A program made the position numbers and the translations under genes. This document shows, in pieces, positions 41,045 to 54,199 of a stretch of DNA of 64,000 nt; the stretch's first letter is position 1; each line of letters opens with the position of its first letter. The notes below the pieces were generated by a model. It had not been told where the DNA came from. It made no database searches and worked only from the letters and a program-made list of their open reading frames with translations. Source of the DNA: Lama glama (lineage: Eukaryota); assembly GCA_028534125.1 (NCBI GenBank), contig CM052817.1:41852001-41916000 (forward strand), given 5' to 3'.

Positions 41045-41870
41045 ATAGACCCTTTATTTTTCTATAACAATTTAATTTCTAAATTCACCCAAACTCCAGC
41101 TATTTTTGCTTAGGACTGAGTCTACATGTCAATAGTCTTACATAGTGTTAAAACACAGGGTTGGGGGTGTTCCTTGGTAACATCTGTCCACCCTCACACC
41201 CTCGGAATCTTACCTCATCTGTGGTCTGGTCCTTGGATGTTATCCTACTGAGGTTACAATTCTGTCAAGCCCAATTCTCATCCATAAGATCTTGTCCAGA
41301 AACTCTCTCTGCTATTTTCATGACTCTCTTGGGTGCCTGAGTATTTTTTGTCACTGCAGAGCATGGTGGTCCATGGGAGAGTTATGGGTCAAGCTCAGGC
41401 CAGTCTGCTTAGAGGTGTTATGTAGCCATCTCTGCCTGGGGGGCTAGTCCTCCCTCCCCAGGTCCTAGGCCTACCTAAGGGTAAGGTCTAGGTTTCCTCT
41501 GCTCTGGAATCTCCACTGAGACCTCTGCTGATCCTCACCTGTGGCTTAACTATTAGAGAGAGGCAGTCAGAGTACATGGCTCCTTTCTCAGGGACTCCCC
41601 CAGACTGAGTCAAAGCCTGTATCAATTCTTCTTTGAGTTTCTCCCTAGCCCCATTCTTATACCCTCCTGGAGCAAAACATTCTCTTGCTTTTCCCTTTTT
41701 TCTCAGCATTTTTCCCTTCTCTGGAGAAATAAACATTTCCCTAGCACACTGAATAGGGGAGGGACCAAGATCTACCCAAAATCTGGGAAACAAAAGCAGA
41801 ACATTCTTTAAAATACTAACAGCTACAAATGATTTCATGTAATGTTTACAGGTGGCTCAGCCAATCTGAT
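41045..41870 (-). mobile_element. Probable old LTR (family unresolved)
   Basis: GC-richer block with minus-strand TATAAG (41661-41656) and AATAAA near 41055. Confidence 0.35.
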
Positions 41871-43024
41871 TCACTGTTATTTATGCATGGTTTTAATAAA
41901 GGATGGTTGAGCCTGAAATAACTCTCAAAATGGATATAACTTGCATATAATACTTTTTAAAACAATTACACTTAGGTTATTTTTTCATGTGTATTATATA
42001 ATTAATTAGAATTAAAGTCTGAAATGACATTTTCTGTAACGTTGAGAAATGATACTCTACTTGTACATATTTTTCAGATAGCCAAAGTGACTACAAACAT
42101 TTACATACCATGTTTATTTTAGCAATTTTATGAAGGTCTTCTAACAAATATCCTATATTTTTACTCCTTCTTAACTAAGGAATAAGACTAGATACGAAGA
42201 CACCTTCTAAATTTTTTTTCCATTTACTCATGTTGCTTCAAAACTTTTTTTTAAGTCTTGATAATTTATTATCAAGTTTAATCTCTGAACAATACATATG
42301 GTGCTGACTGCAGGACTGACATTCCTATTCCAGGCCATCTCAGTTCCAACAAATTTATGCAATGTGTAGTGGTCTATTTGGAGACATTATGAGACTTTTA
42401 AAATATATGAAAATGTGAAACAACTGGACTTTGTTAAAATGATATTGCATTGCATATGGTGTCCGGAATAAAATGAAAATTAATTTTTACTTTGTTTTAA
42501 ACTTTACCATACGTAAAGTCAACATTTGGTTTTCATCATTATACCTAAGTTCTATATGAAGTCAGTTAGTTCTTAAAAAGTGTTATAAGAAGTTAGATTC
42601 ATCTAAAGCAACTTACTAGACCTCTTTCTCCCAAAGAGGAGCAAGATATTAAATACAGATCATAACACAAAGATTATTGAAAACACTGAACTTGTATTTT
42701 ATCTAGGATTTCAATCTGATAGTAGGCAACCAATCAACACAATTCCCTAAGATAGAAAACATGGTCTGAAGATTTATTAAAGCATAATGAGAATATTCTT
42801 AAAAACATTTACTAATTAATTGATAGTAGTCAATTTGTCAAAGTTGCCAACAATATGTTTTAAAATTTAATTCAAAAGGAACTTATGTACTACTAATTTA
42901 AGAAGAGGTTTGAAAGCACCAAACAAATCTTAGCTTACAATAAAGATAATCCTCAAGAAAATATTACACGTATGACAAATATTTCTGTGATACTGGTAGA
43001 ATCCCAATAGAGAATATATATGTG

Positions 43025-44680
43025 GTTCACTTATTCAACAAGTAATTATTTGGATACCTATTATGATGCAAGTACTGAAAGCATATGGTAAACACTTTGC
43101 CTCTGCCCTCCATGGTGGCACATGTGAAAACAGGCAGGGTGATAAGGAGCAAAAATATGGCTTGGCATAGGATGCAATGACTGCAGCTGAGAGGGACAGC
43201 TAATTTATTCTTTATATGGGGGCAAGAGGGGAAATAAAGCCTTCCCAAAGGGTGTAAAGTATGAAATAAGACTTGAAGAATGATGAAATTATAGGGTGAA
43301 GATGAAAAACATTTATATTGTGTTTCACTCATTTATTCATTTAATAAGCATTTTTATAAACCAGGCACTGTTCTAGGCACTTGAAAATCAGCAGAGAAAA
43401 AAATTAGACTAAAATCCTTATCCTCCAAGACTAAAATCCTTAACCTCCAGGAACTTACTACATTCTAATGGGGAGATAGACTATGAACACATAAGCAAGT
43501 AAATACACGTTCAGTCATACGGTAGGTGGTGGGGTTGGCCTCACTGAGAAGGTGATGTATAAGCAAAGATACAAAGGAGGAAAGGGTATGACCCATGAGA
43601 AAGGGTATGATATGGAGGAAAAGTGTTCTAAGCAGTAGGAATAGCAAGAGCAGGGTCCTTAAGGTAGGAGTTTGCATGACATGTTAAGGTCAGTTGCAGT
43701 GAAGTAAGTAATGGGGAGACTAGTGAGAGGTAAGGTGAGAAAATGAAGAGAAGGCAGTTTGGGCAGGGCTTTGTAAGACATTATGCGGACTTTAATTTGC
43801 ATAGTGAAGGAAAAAGATATGTACTGAAAGTGTTGGGTAGAGAACTAAACTGATCTAACTGAATATGATCAGTCTGGCTGTTGAGTTGAGAAAAGAAAAT
43901 GGTAGGGGGAGCAAGAAGGGCACAGAATCAGGCAGACCACTTAAGAAGTTATTATATGGTGTATAGTATTCCAGGCTAGAAATGGTGGTGTGTAGACCAG
44001 AAAGGTAATAGTCAAGTTAGTGAGTAACGATTCAACTCTGGATATATTTTAGAGGTAGATCTTATATGATTTGCTCACAGATTTGATTTGGGGTAAGATA
44101 GGAAGAGAAGGATCAAGGTAACTCAAACATTTTTTGGTCTGAGCAACTGGAAGGATGGATTTTCCACTTCCTTATATGGGAACGCCTGTGGGAGAAGAAA
44201 CTTTGGAAATGGAGTGGAAGGTCAGAAGTTCAGTTTTGGACATGATGAATTTGAATAAAAATGCCAGTAGTCATTTGAATAAAAAAGTCTGGAGTTTAGG
44301 GGAGAAGTCTAAGTTAAAGGTATAAATTTGGAGATAACGACATGTTGTTGGATATGAGGGTCAAGATCTTAGCTCTAGAGTACCTAAGCAGTTATAAATA
44401 TGGGATATTAAAAGTAACCAGTCAGTGAGACTGAAGAGGAATGACCAAAGAGGTAGGAGGGAAATTACAGGAATATGTTTTCCTGAAAAAGTCTTACAAA
44501 CAAAGTAGAGATGCTGTCTCAAGAAGAATAAAGTGACTGTCTCAGACCAGAACTGATGATCAGCCATTGGGAAAAACAACATGGAGACAGATCAATGGTG
44601 ACCTGAGCAAGAGCAGATTCAGTGGAGAAGTGGGGATGGAAGGATACCTAATTAGAACGGCTTCAAGAAGAAAGGCATTG
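43025..44680 (-). mobile_element. Two adjacent L2 3' segments (L2a/b-like)
   Basis: ttcacttattcaacaagtaattatt at 43026; tcatttattcatttaataagcattt...ccaggcactgttctaggcac at 43329; ttttggtctgagcaactggaaggatgga. Confidence 0.85.
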
Positions 44681-45089
44681 CAACTTTATGATATCAAACA
44701 TTGGTGTGTGTTTCTAGTCATAGCATCCTGCAAAAAAAAAAAAAAGAGCATACCAGGGAGCATTGCAATTAACTACTTTTCTTGCTAGTGAATATAGCCA
44801 ACTCCAAGGTAAAAAGGTAATTATCATGTCACAAAGTTAGCTACAAAATGCCTCATGATTTTTTTTAAAGTGAAATGCCACACAAAATGTATCTTTTCAT
44901 TAGGAAATTTTAAAAGGGAGACTTTATTTAGTAGTCATGTTTTTAAGATTATAGAAAGCAAAAAGATTTAATATATTAAGATAAAAATTATATAAAACTC
45001 ACTAGTTCAGAAAATTATGAAAGAATAAAATAGATCTTATATACTTGTATACTACAAGGTGCTAGTTTATCTAAATACATTTCTTTCTA

Positions 45090-46215
45090 AAGTGAGAAAT
45101 AAAAAGAGAAGACCTGGATGCAGAAAGTATAAGTAACTATGTCAAGCAGTTTTGTCATAAAGAGGAACAGAGAAATGATATGCTACCTTGAGTGAAATAT
45201 GGACTTACGACAGGGATTTATGAGATGAGAAAAATTACAGTAATTTTTTCCACTGATGCGAATGACTTAATAGTGAGAGGAAGTTCTGTTGAAAGGAGAG
45301 AGGGTGGCTAGAGGGATGTTCTTGACTTGGCAAGAAGGGCCTGGCTCTAGCATATCAGTGAAAAGATGAGCTTTTAATTGAAGCATAGTCAGTTCACTGG
45401 TAAAAACAGGAGTAAAGTCAAAGTACATGGATACAAATGAGTTGCTGCAGTGGTAGTAGCTTTTATAATTTTTACTTTGTGTTATTTCACTTAGATGGGA
45501 AGAAAGGCCATCAGCTGAGAATGAGGACAGTGAAGGGGGAGGTGGGAATTTTTTGAACAAATGAAAGAAGGTATAAAAAAAGTTATCTAGGAGAGTAGGG
45601 AAGCAAATGGATTAGGTAAATGTAACAGGATTGCTGGAAGCACTAACGAAACATCTGAATTAGTGATCATGAATTTAGAAGTAAATTTCAACACAGCATT
45701 TTTTCTGGACATGTTCACCATCATAGGTATAGGCACACCGTAGGCAGAAAATTGAGTTTTGCCAAGTCTGGGATTTTTACCAGGTGAACATGAAAGAGTG
45801 AGACAGGGGCAAAGGAATAGCAATTGAGTCTGCAAGTGAGTGCTTATAGAGGCGGACCATGGAATTTTGAAGGATAACTGACAATTGAGTACATGAGTGA
45901 AAATGTGAGAAAATTAGTAGAAAGTAAAAGGACATAAAATAAGGGAATTGTAGGGCCTGGTGAGTTTGAAGAATTTTGGAAATGGTGTCCTTGAGAAAGT
46001 GAACTGAAGAGATAAATAGTGGTTGGATAATGGTCTCCTCAAAACTGAGACTATGGATAGGTTGAATTTGCCAACAATGATAAGGTCAAGTTTATAGCAC
46101 TGGGACTGAGGGACTGACGTAGACTGAGAGATAACATAAGTGGAAGAGAGAAGGTCAAGGAATTGATAAACTGGGGTAGTGGAAGATACTGAAATCACCT
46201 AGAAATATTTTATAG
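45090..46215 (-). mobile_element. L2 ORF2-region fragment
   Basis: G/A-rich L2 antisense body, e.g. gaaaggccatcagctgagaatgaggac. Confidence 0.7.
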
Positions 46216-48751
46216 GAATTAATATAAACCACAACCTTCTGTCTGTAAGACCTAACTGTCAAAGTATAGATGATGTCCAGTCCTACTTGTTGAATTAACA
46301 GGTAAAATGAAATTTTATTTTAGAAGAAAGCTTGAAATTTAATGATACTCCACCAAATAAACTCTAGTCTTATCTCTTCATAGTTCTTACAGTTTCTTTT
46401 TCTCTTTCTCTGATCCTCTCCGTGTGTATGTATGTGTGTGTGTGACAGTATTATTCCTTCAGTAAATTTACTTTAAATAGTCAGTTGAACTGATTAAAAT
46501 TGAAAAGATGAAGAGACTCTGACGACAAGATCTACTTGATACAAGATAGAATCATTATAAGGTTTATACAGCTTAGTTCTTATTGCAAAAGTCCTTTCCT
46601 TATTTTATTACACTGAACAGAAAACAAATCAAAATGTAAAATTGCTTTTATGGAACCATCCATTCCATTGAACTGGCTGCAATCAGAAAAAAAAAAACTG
46701 TATCTTTCTACCACATGACATAAAAATAATTGTGTTATACAGAACTATATCACAGAATATCACCATTGCAGAGTTCTTCTCTGTGAAGCAACTTATTGCA
46801 TGGATGATCAATTTATTTGGATACTAATATTAAAAAGCAGAAGTCTGGAAATTTCAGAATATAAGTAAATGTGCAGGAGAAAAATCAAATTCATACTAAC
46901 TGCCTTCCCCTAGAGAAATAACACCTTTCTCAGTATAATCTAAATATAGGGTTTTTTAATTTTGTTTTTTCCTAGGGTGTAGTAGACATTACATAATTTT
47001 TAAGGTCTCAATTATGTATTATTCTTGTATACCAGCTGAGACCAATTTTAAAAATGTATCTAGCTAGTATAATTAAAGTTATTTTTGGTCTAACTAATCA
47101 TAGTGTATAGTATGAAGACAAGACTGTTATTTTAAAGTGTCACCTGTCTTTATATGGAGATCAGTTGTAATTTATTATTGTTGAATCAAGGAAATACAAC
47201 ATAAATCCCCAATAAGTAAAGCTTCTGGAACCTAGGAGTTCATCACAAAAGTTCCCGAGGTTTATTTAGAGTTTGGCATCCCTAATGCGTTTCTGTTGTA
47301 AAAGCATCAGACTTGTAAAAGCATCAAGCTTGTGGAGAAGAAGAGCCAAAATGTAAGCACCCAGACCAGGTAGGAGGCCAAGGTGGTGGTTTTCTATGGA
47401 GGAAGTGATGTGATTGGACCAGAACAGTGGCCGTGAAAACTGACAGATGTCAACGAATTTAAGATCTCTTTCTGAACTGGAATCAATATGATCTGGTGAT
47501 AGATGAGGTTTCAATGAAAAGTGAAACTTCCAAAAGAATACTCCTGAAATCCAAGGAAGTAATGCTTCTAAAGCTAGTATTATAAAATTAATGCATCACT
47601 CTGAATGCACCACTTAGAAAAATTGCCTCCATTTTTACATAGGATGTAGTTCTAAAGGCTCCCAAACACATTAACGATATTTTCAAATATGTATTATCAG
47701 GATCTACCTTAGGAGTAGATGGAGTAGGAAGATCATGTGATGCCCAAAAGAATACCCCTTCTATCACATGGCCCAAGGCTTGTCACTCTGAAATTTCACT
47801 ATTAGCAATGCCTTCAGCAATCTACGGCAATAGGATGGCCTGAGTGATACGGACAGCTCCTTTCCCCTAGTATCAATATGCAAATACGTGTATGGTTACT
47901 GTGCACATGAAGAAATAAACCTCCACAAAAGAATGTGAGCAGATATTAGATGCAGGAGAATCAAAACCTCTAGAAATGGAAACAATAGAACAATCTGATA
48001 CTGAGTTTTAATGATTAAGAGATGGATTCCATTTAACTTGAAGTAAATTCTGTTCTCAATTAAAATGCAAATAAGCCTGGAAAGCACTGTAGCTTTATCA
48101 TCTAAAAATAGAAAATACTGTTAGACAGACCTTTGCTCACAGAATTGGATTAATCACCATGACATGCATGACCAACTTTTCTCTTCTTTTTTTCTTTATT
48201 TTATACTGAATTTCCCTGAGCTGAACAGCCAACTCTAGAACTAGAACACTGACAATAATTCACACCAATCTATGTGTTATTGTCATGTATCCCATTGCTT
48301 TTGAGATGCCTATCATATAATTGAGAGTTGGAGTTTATGAGAAGAACAATAGCTACTTGAGATTAAGATTAGAAGACCTTTGGGGAAATAATGCAGAGAA
48401 AAAATACAAATTTTGCCTACCTCACAATTCAGTCAAGACTTTCCTGGATAATTTATATCAATACATCAGTTAGTATATTGACAACTAATTCAAATAACAG
48501 AAAATTAAAGTTTGTTACCCCAATTCTCTGTCCCTATAAAACCATGAACAGATATTAAAACAAAGGTAGTAAAATTTCATGCAGTTAATTTCTTAGAAAT
48601 AGAAAACGATAGACTTTCAATAAGCTAGTCTAGCCTTAATGTGATAACCCCTCTGACAGGGACACTAGCTCAACTATAGTATTATTATTATCTTTGCATG
48701 TACAAAACCCCACTGATTCCAATAACCATGAACTATAAAGTTAAGTTTCTC

Positions 48752-49048
48752 CAGACTCACAGACATTGTAAGCAATCATATCGTTACTGGGGGAAAGGGG
48801 GAGGGAAGGGATAAATTGGGAGTTCAAGATTTGCAGATACTAACTAATATATATAAAACAGATAAACAACAGGTTTATACTGTACAGCACAGGGAACCAT
48901 ATTCAATATCTTGTAGTAACTTATGGTGAAAAAGAATTTGAAAACGAATATATGTATGTTCCTATATGACTTAAGTACTGTGCTATACATCAGAAATAGA
49001 CACAACATTGTGAACTGTCTATATACTTCAATAAAAATTAAAAAATAA
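48752..49048 (+). mobile_element. Young lineage-specific L1 3' end (camelid-like subfamily)
   Basis: 10-bp TSD TAAGTTTCTC at 48742-48751 and 49049-49058; gggataaattgggagttcaagatttgcagatactaac...ggtgaaaaagaatttgaaaacgaatatatgtatg. Confidence 0.9.
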
Positions 49049-50036
49049 TAAGTTTCTCACAGCCAGAAATCTCTTTATACAAAATTTTGTTTCAAATAGT
49101 CTCACCTGGATTTACTATAACCTAAAGTCCTTAAAATGAGGACTGATGTTAAAATATATCTAACTACCGTAACTCAGTCTAGAAGATTATGAATAGTAGA
49201 GTTTTACATTTAAAATCACAAGCAATTCAATGTCATTTCTATCACTTACATCTAAATGTCATTTCCCACACTGAGTCAAGAAAAAAAGCATAAAATAAGT
49301 ACATTCAAATTTATCCATAAGCAAAAAGTGCCAAGCAGACATTTAAAAAAAAATAAAACCACACACACAAAGTTATAAGCCATAAGATTTCCTTTTGAGG
49401 TGATAAAAAATATTTTTTATCTATTACATACTTAACCCTTCAGCTACAGTATCTTCCAAGATTTTACATTAAAAGGGGGCTATTTTCAGTTCACATGTGT
49501 ATTTACACATACTTATTTCTTAATAAGCACTTCTCTTATATTGCTTAGTATTCAAGTGTCTTGGGAAATGGCCTGGGAAAATAAGAGGTAGTTGAAACTA
49601 TTTTCGTCATTATTTGTAATGATACTCATATTTTATACAATGACTTCCACTTTTAGATTTTTTACAGTTATAGTCATTTTTGCATTGCTAATTTTAAGTC
49701 TTATTGTATCCTTCCTAGTCTGTCAAAACAAACACAACTGCACAAAAGTGATGAAAGCTTATGTCACTCTCTTGTAATAAAAGGATACCATTTCATACTT
49801 CAGTTAGCACCTATACAAGCGAATTAACGAAGAGAAGAGCATTACATTAAAATGTAACAAGTTAGTTCCTCCACTCAGGAAAGAACTGGATTAAATTTTG
49901 GTCACTATACATAGAATTTAGCAGTACAATTCAATATTTCTCAAAGAATATGAAAGAAATAAATGTTGCAAATCCTAAATTCCTAATCTATTACTGCTCT
50001 AGAAAAAATTGCCAAAAGGTAAGATATATGCCATCC

Positions 50037-50060
50037 CACACACACACACACACACATACA
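50037..50060. repeat. (CA)n microsatellite
   Basis: Direct reading. Confidence 0.9.
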
Positions 50061-53000
50061 TATCCCTCTTCATCATATATGTATCCTATATAAGTATATA
50101 TCCTTTCATATGTGTGTTTGTGTGCATACATAGAGAGAAAGAGAGAACTCATAAAACGGTGGGAGGAAATCAGATTGATATTTAAGGACTGAGAAGTAAA
50201 AGCAGTGAACACAGACTACAGCTTAAAGATGTACAGATAACCATAAGGATGTCTTGGAGAAATCAAGAGTTGAGAGCAAGGTTGTTCAGACATTAAAGGA
50301 GAAGGAGCTCAGTTTACCAGTTCCATGTAATTCCTCTGATTTTCTGTGATAACTTAGCTTAGTAATTCCTACCCTGGAGAGGGGATGGTCTTTTGAATGC
50401 CTACAGAAAGATCTCTGACCCCTCATTTCCTCTCACATGCCCTTCAGGAAGTTAACAACACTCTTCTATCCTGCCCCACCATTGTCAACTTCCCTACCTA
50501 AGCTTATGCTTCCCAGGAGAGTTTTATCAATTGTGCACCACATTAAATTCTCAGTAAATGAAGAGCAGTTTGTCAGGATCTCTTATTTGCCAGTTTCTAT
50601 CTGGAGAAAAGAACCACCTGAGTAAAGGAAATTTGCTATTTTAATTTACTTGATAAGTAGGTATGCAGTACAAGACTAAAGAAGGCATCAGTTTTAAAAT
50701 TTACTTGTCTTTTGTGGCATGAACTTAAAGTAACGTGGGCAAAGTGGCCCTGCCTACAGCTTTGGTTTTCAATATGAGATAAAGGTGATTTTTAATACAA
50801 GGTAGGTGATCTTTATTGTATATCATCAATCAAAATATAAAGCATAATACTTCATTTCCCCTTTGTTTTATTTAACAAATCACGTGTTGAACAGATATCT
50901 GCAAACACCAAAACAATACAAGTTCCAAAAGTTGATAAAATTAGATTCTGACCCACAGTGGTCTTGAATAAAATTGTGGTTTGCCAATACCACAAAGATT
51001 TGACTCACTCATCTAAGCATTTTATAGTATAAAAATAGTCAGAGAGGGATAATATCATGGCCTCTTATAAAATCAGTCATCCTTGATCAAGAATAATTAG
51101 GACCACACAAAACATGAAAGTATTTCAAGTTATTTTCCATGTGGTAAAATATTGGGTAGTTGAATAAAACTGAGCAGAACCAAGATACTGAATTAAAACC
51201 TTAACAAAATGATCATCATAATTAAAATTCATCCTAAAAATGAAAAAAACAATATTTTCCAACTAACAAATTTTTTATGCTTCTTTTTTTCTATTAAGTT
51301 ATAAACAAGAAAAAATAAAGAGGATAAATATTAACTACATCAAAGACAGTGCCATCTTTGAACATTGTAGAAATTGTTTTCTGTGTTCAAAAATGTTGAG
51401 GTAAGTTCAAACTGTTAAGAAAGCTCTTAGAAACCTATCCAATGTTATATGAATAGAAATTTTTTAATTTAAAAGCTAATTTAAATAAGTTAATTGAAAT
51501 ATATGTATATACTTATGAACTATAAGTATACGCTCAGATTTCTATATAAGTTGAAATTGTAATAAAGACTACATTAATTACAAAAGAAAGCACCTCCAGA
51601 GAAGAACTGAGCTATTAAGTACAATAAACCAATTTCATTTTTAGTACTTTTGTTCCATTTAAAATGAGTTAAATTTCAATAAGCAATAATTCATATTGTA
51701 AATACAAATGTCCAAGAGCAGTGGAAAGGTAAGCTACAGTTGGAGAGGCCCAAGTTATCTTACAAATTACCAGAAAGGTTGATCGTTAATGCACTAATCT
51801 GTACTTGCTATGATCACACACTTTACAGGCTTCAACGGGTTTTGTTAAAACCCCCAGTTTCAGAACAACCAGACTTAGCTGTCGTCTCAGTGATATGTCC
51901 ACATTTTATTTAAGTAAATAAGATCACCTTCCATTTGGTTATTCCAGTAATTTTGAGTACTTAGAAGATCCAGAAATTCTAAAGTCCCACAGCGAGCACG
52001 TGGGCAGCCTGATGGAGGGGAAAAAAGGTTTTAAAAAAAGAACTAAAATCACTTCCTGTGGTTAACGTTTTAGAACCTTGTCCAGAACAGTCTGTACCAA
52101 TATTGTGGGTTTGTTGGTATCTTATTTATGAACATCGGAAACAGACTTGCATGAGTGCCATACTTTGAGTAGGACGCACGTGTGAGACAGATGGAACTTG
52201 TATTTCCATCACATGTAATTAAAAACTTATTGAATATACTGCCAAATACCACAAATATTAAAACATTTTAGAATAAATTTACTATTGCTTTGACAGCAGT
52301 TTTAGCAAACTAGCTGGTTATTCCAACAAATGAGAAGATTGAGTATACTGGACTAGCAGAATTATTGCAATTAAAAACATGGTAGCTTGGTGTAGACTAA
52401 TTTTATTAGTACTATACATACAATCTATACAGATTTAAATTTAAGAATTTTATTGTAATAAAATACACCAGGCTCTTGTATGTGAAAAATTAGGAAACAG
52501 CTTTTAAATGAGATCTCCCAAGGAGAAATTAATAAATCAGAAGAGAACAAACTCAAAAATTGAATACTGAATGAAACTTTCTATACAGTGAAACAAGGCC
52601 ACCCAAAAGAGACTGCCCATTGAGACACAACATGGTTTCCCATCATATTCTTCTGGGAATTCCTTTCAAAAAATGCCAAATGCATCAGAGAGATTAGTTA
52701 GGATAGTAATATTAAATAACCAATGGATTGATGAACTAGAGGTCACTGGTGATGCTGGAAAGGGCAATTTTAGTTGAGATGGGAATTCAATCCAAATTGC
52801 AGTGCTCTGAGGACTAAATGGATGTTTAGGTAGGATTCTCCCCCACCAAGAAAATAATATGCTAACATTTCAAAACGCAAATGCATAAGCTTGTCATTGA
52901 AACAGCAACAACAAAAAAATGAAGTAAAGAAGTAGGTTTCTAAATTCTTTAGAGCTAGGCTTGGTATTAATGCTTATTTTATATAAATAAAATGAGATGT

Positions 53001-53132
53001 AAAATGACGAGGTTTAATTAGAAGTTATGAGACATTTTGCCATCATACTCTAGAATGTGAGCTTTAATTTGAGAAATATTGACTTTATAATTTTTATTAA
53101 TGTTAGGAGAAAAGCTATCAAGAGGAGACAGA

Positions 53133-53703
53133 GAAAACAACGTAAGTGTGCACTGACAGATGAACTGATAAAGAAAATGTGGTATATATTATCTATTAAG
53201 CGAAAAAGAAAGAAATATTGCCATTTTTTACAACACAGACGGACTTTGAGGGCATTATGCTAAGTAAAATATGTCAGAGAAAGACATATGATCTTACGTA
53301 TATGTGAAATCTAAAAAAAAACAAAAACAAACAAACAAAAAAACCTCACAGATACAGAGACCAGATTGGTGGTTGACAGAGGCAGGGGTGAGGGAGTGGG
53401 TGAAATGGGGGAAGGGAGTTAAAAAGTACACATTTCCTAGTTATTCAATAAATAAGTCATGGGGATGTAATGTATTATGTGGTGAATATAATAAATAATA
53501 CTGTAATAAACATTTGTGAGCCACTGAAAGAGTACATTTGAAAAGGTTTTATCATAAGAAAAAAAATTTTGTTACTATATATGGTAATGGATGTTAACTA
53601 GAATTACTGTGGTGATTATTTGGCAGTATATGCACATATCGCATCATGTTGTATGCATAAAACTAATATAACGTTATATACCGTTTATATCTCAATAAAA
53701 AAA
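53133..53703 (+). mobile_element. L1 3' end
   Basis: acagatgaactgataaagaaaatgtggtat...gagggcattatgctaagt...tatatctcaataaaaaa. Confidence 0.9.
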
Positions 53704-54199
53704 GAGATGGAACTAAAATGGTCAAAGTAGCTCATGTACCTAAACTCCCACATGCACTCACCCACTAAAATTAATACAAATTAAACAAGTAATATTGAAA
53801 GTAGATTAAACTCTCTTCTTAACTATCAGAAATTTTCCACTTAGATGATTCATTTTTTAAAAACTACATGCATACTGTTAACAAGAGATAAAACTGTATC
53901 AAAATACCAAAAAAGGTGATGATTAAAGGGAAGAAAATAGTATATAGACCAAATGCTAGCGGTATGTGCAATAATGTAGAAACGTTAATGTCAGACACAT
54001 TAAAGTTTAAAACATTACATAGTAAAAAAATATCTAATTAGTGTTCTAGTAAGCAAATTCAAATTTGAAGCATATTGTCATTATTATACTATATTACAAG
54101 AAAAGAATAATGTGAAATATCGAGCGCAACAAAAATCCTAAACTAAACATGGTACACCATATTATGTGTTGCCATTAATAATTGTTACATGAAATCACT

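Noticed and set aside
41488..41838. 116-aa minus-strand ORF
   Set aside because: Lies in a probable LTR; no recognisable domain
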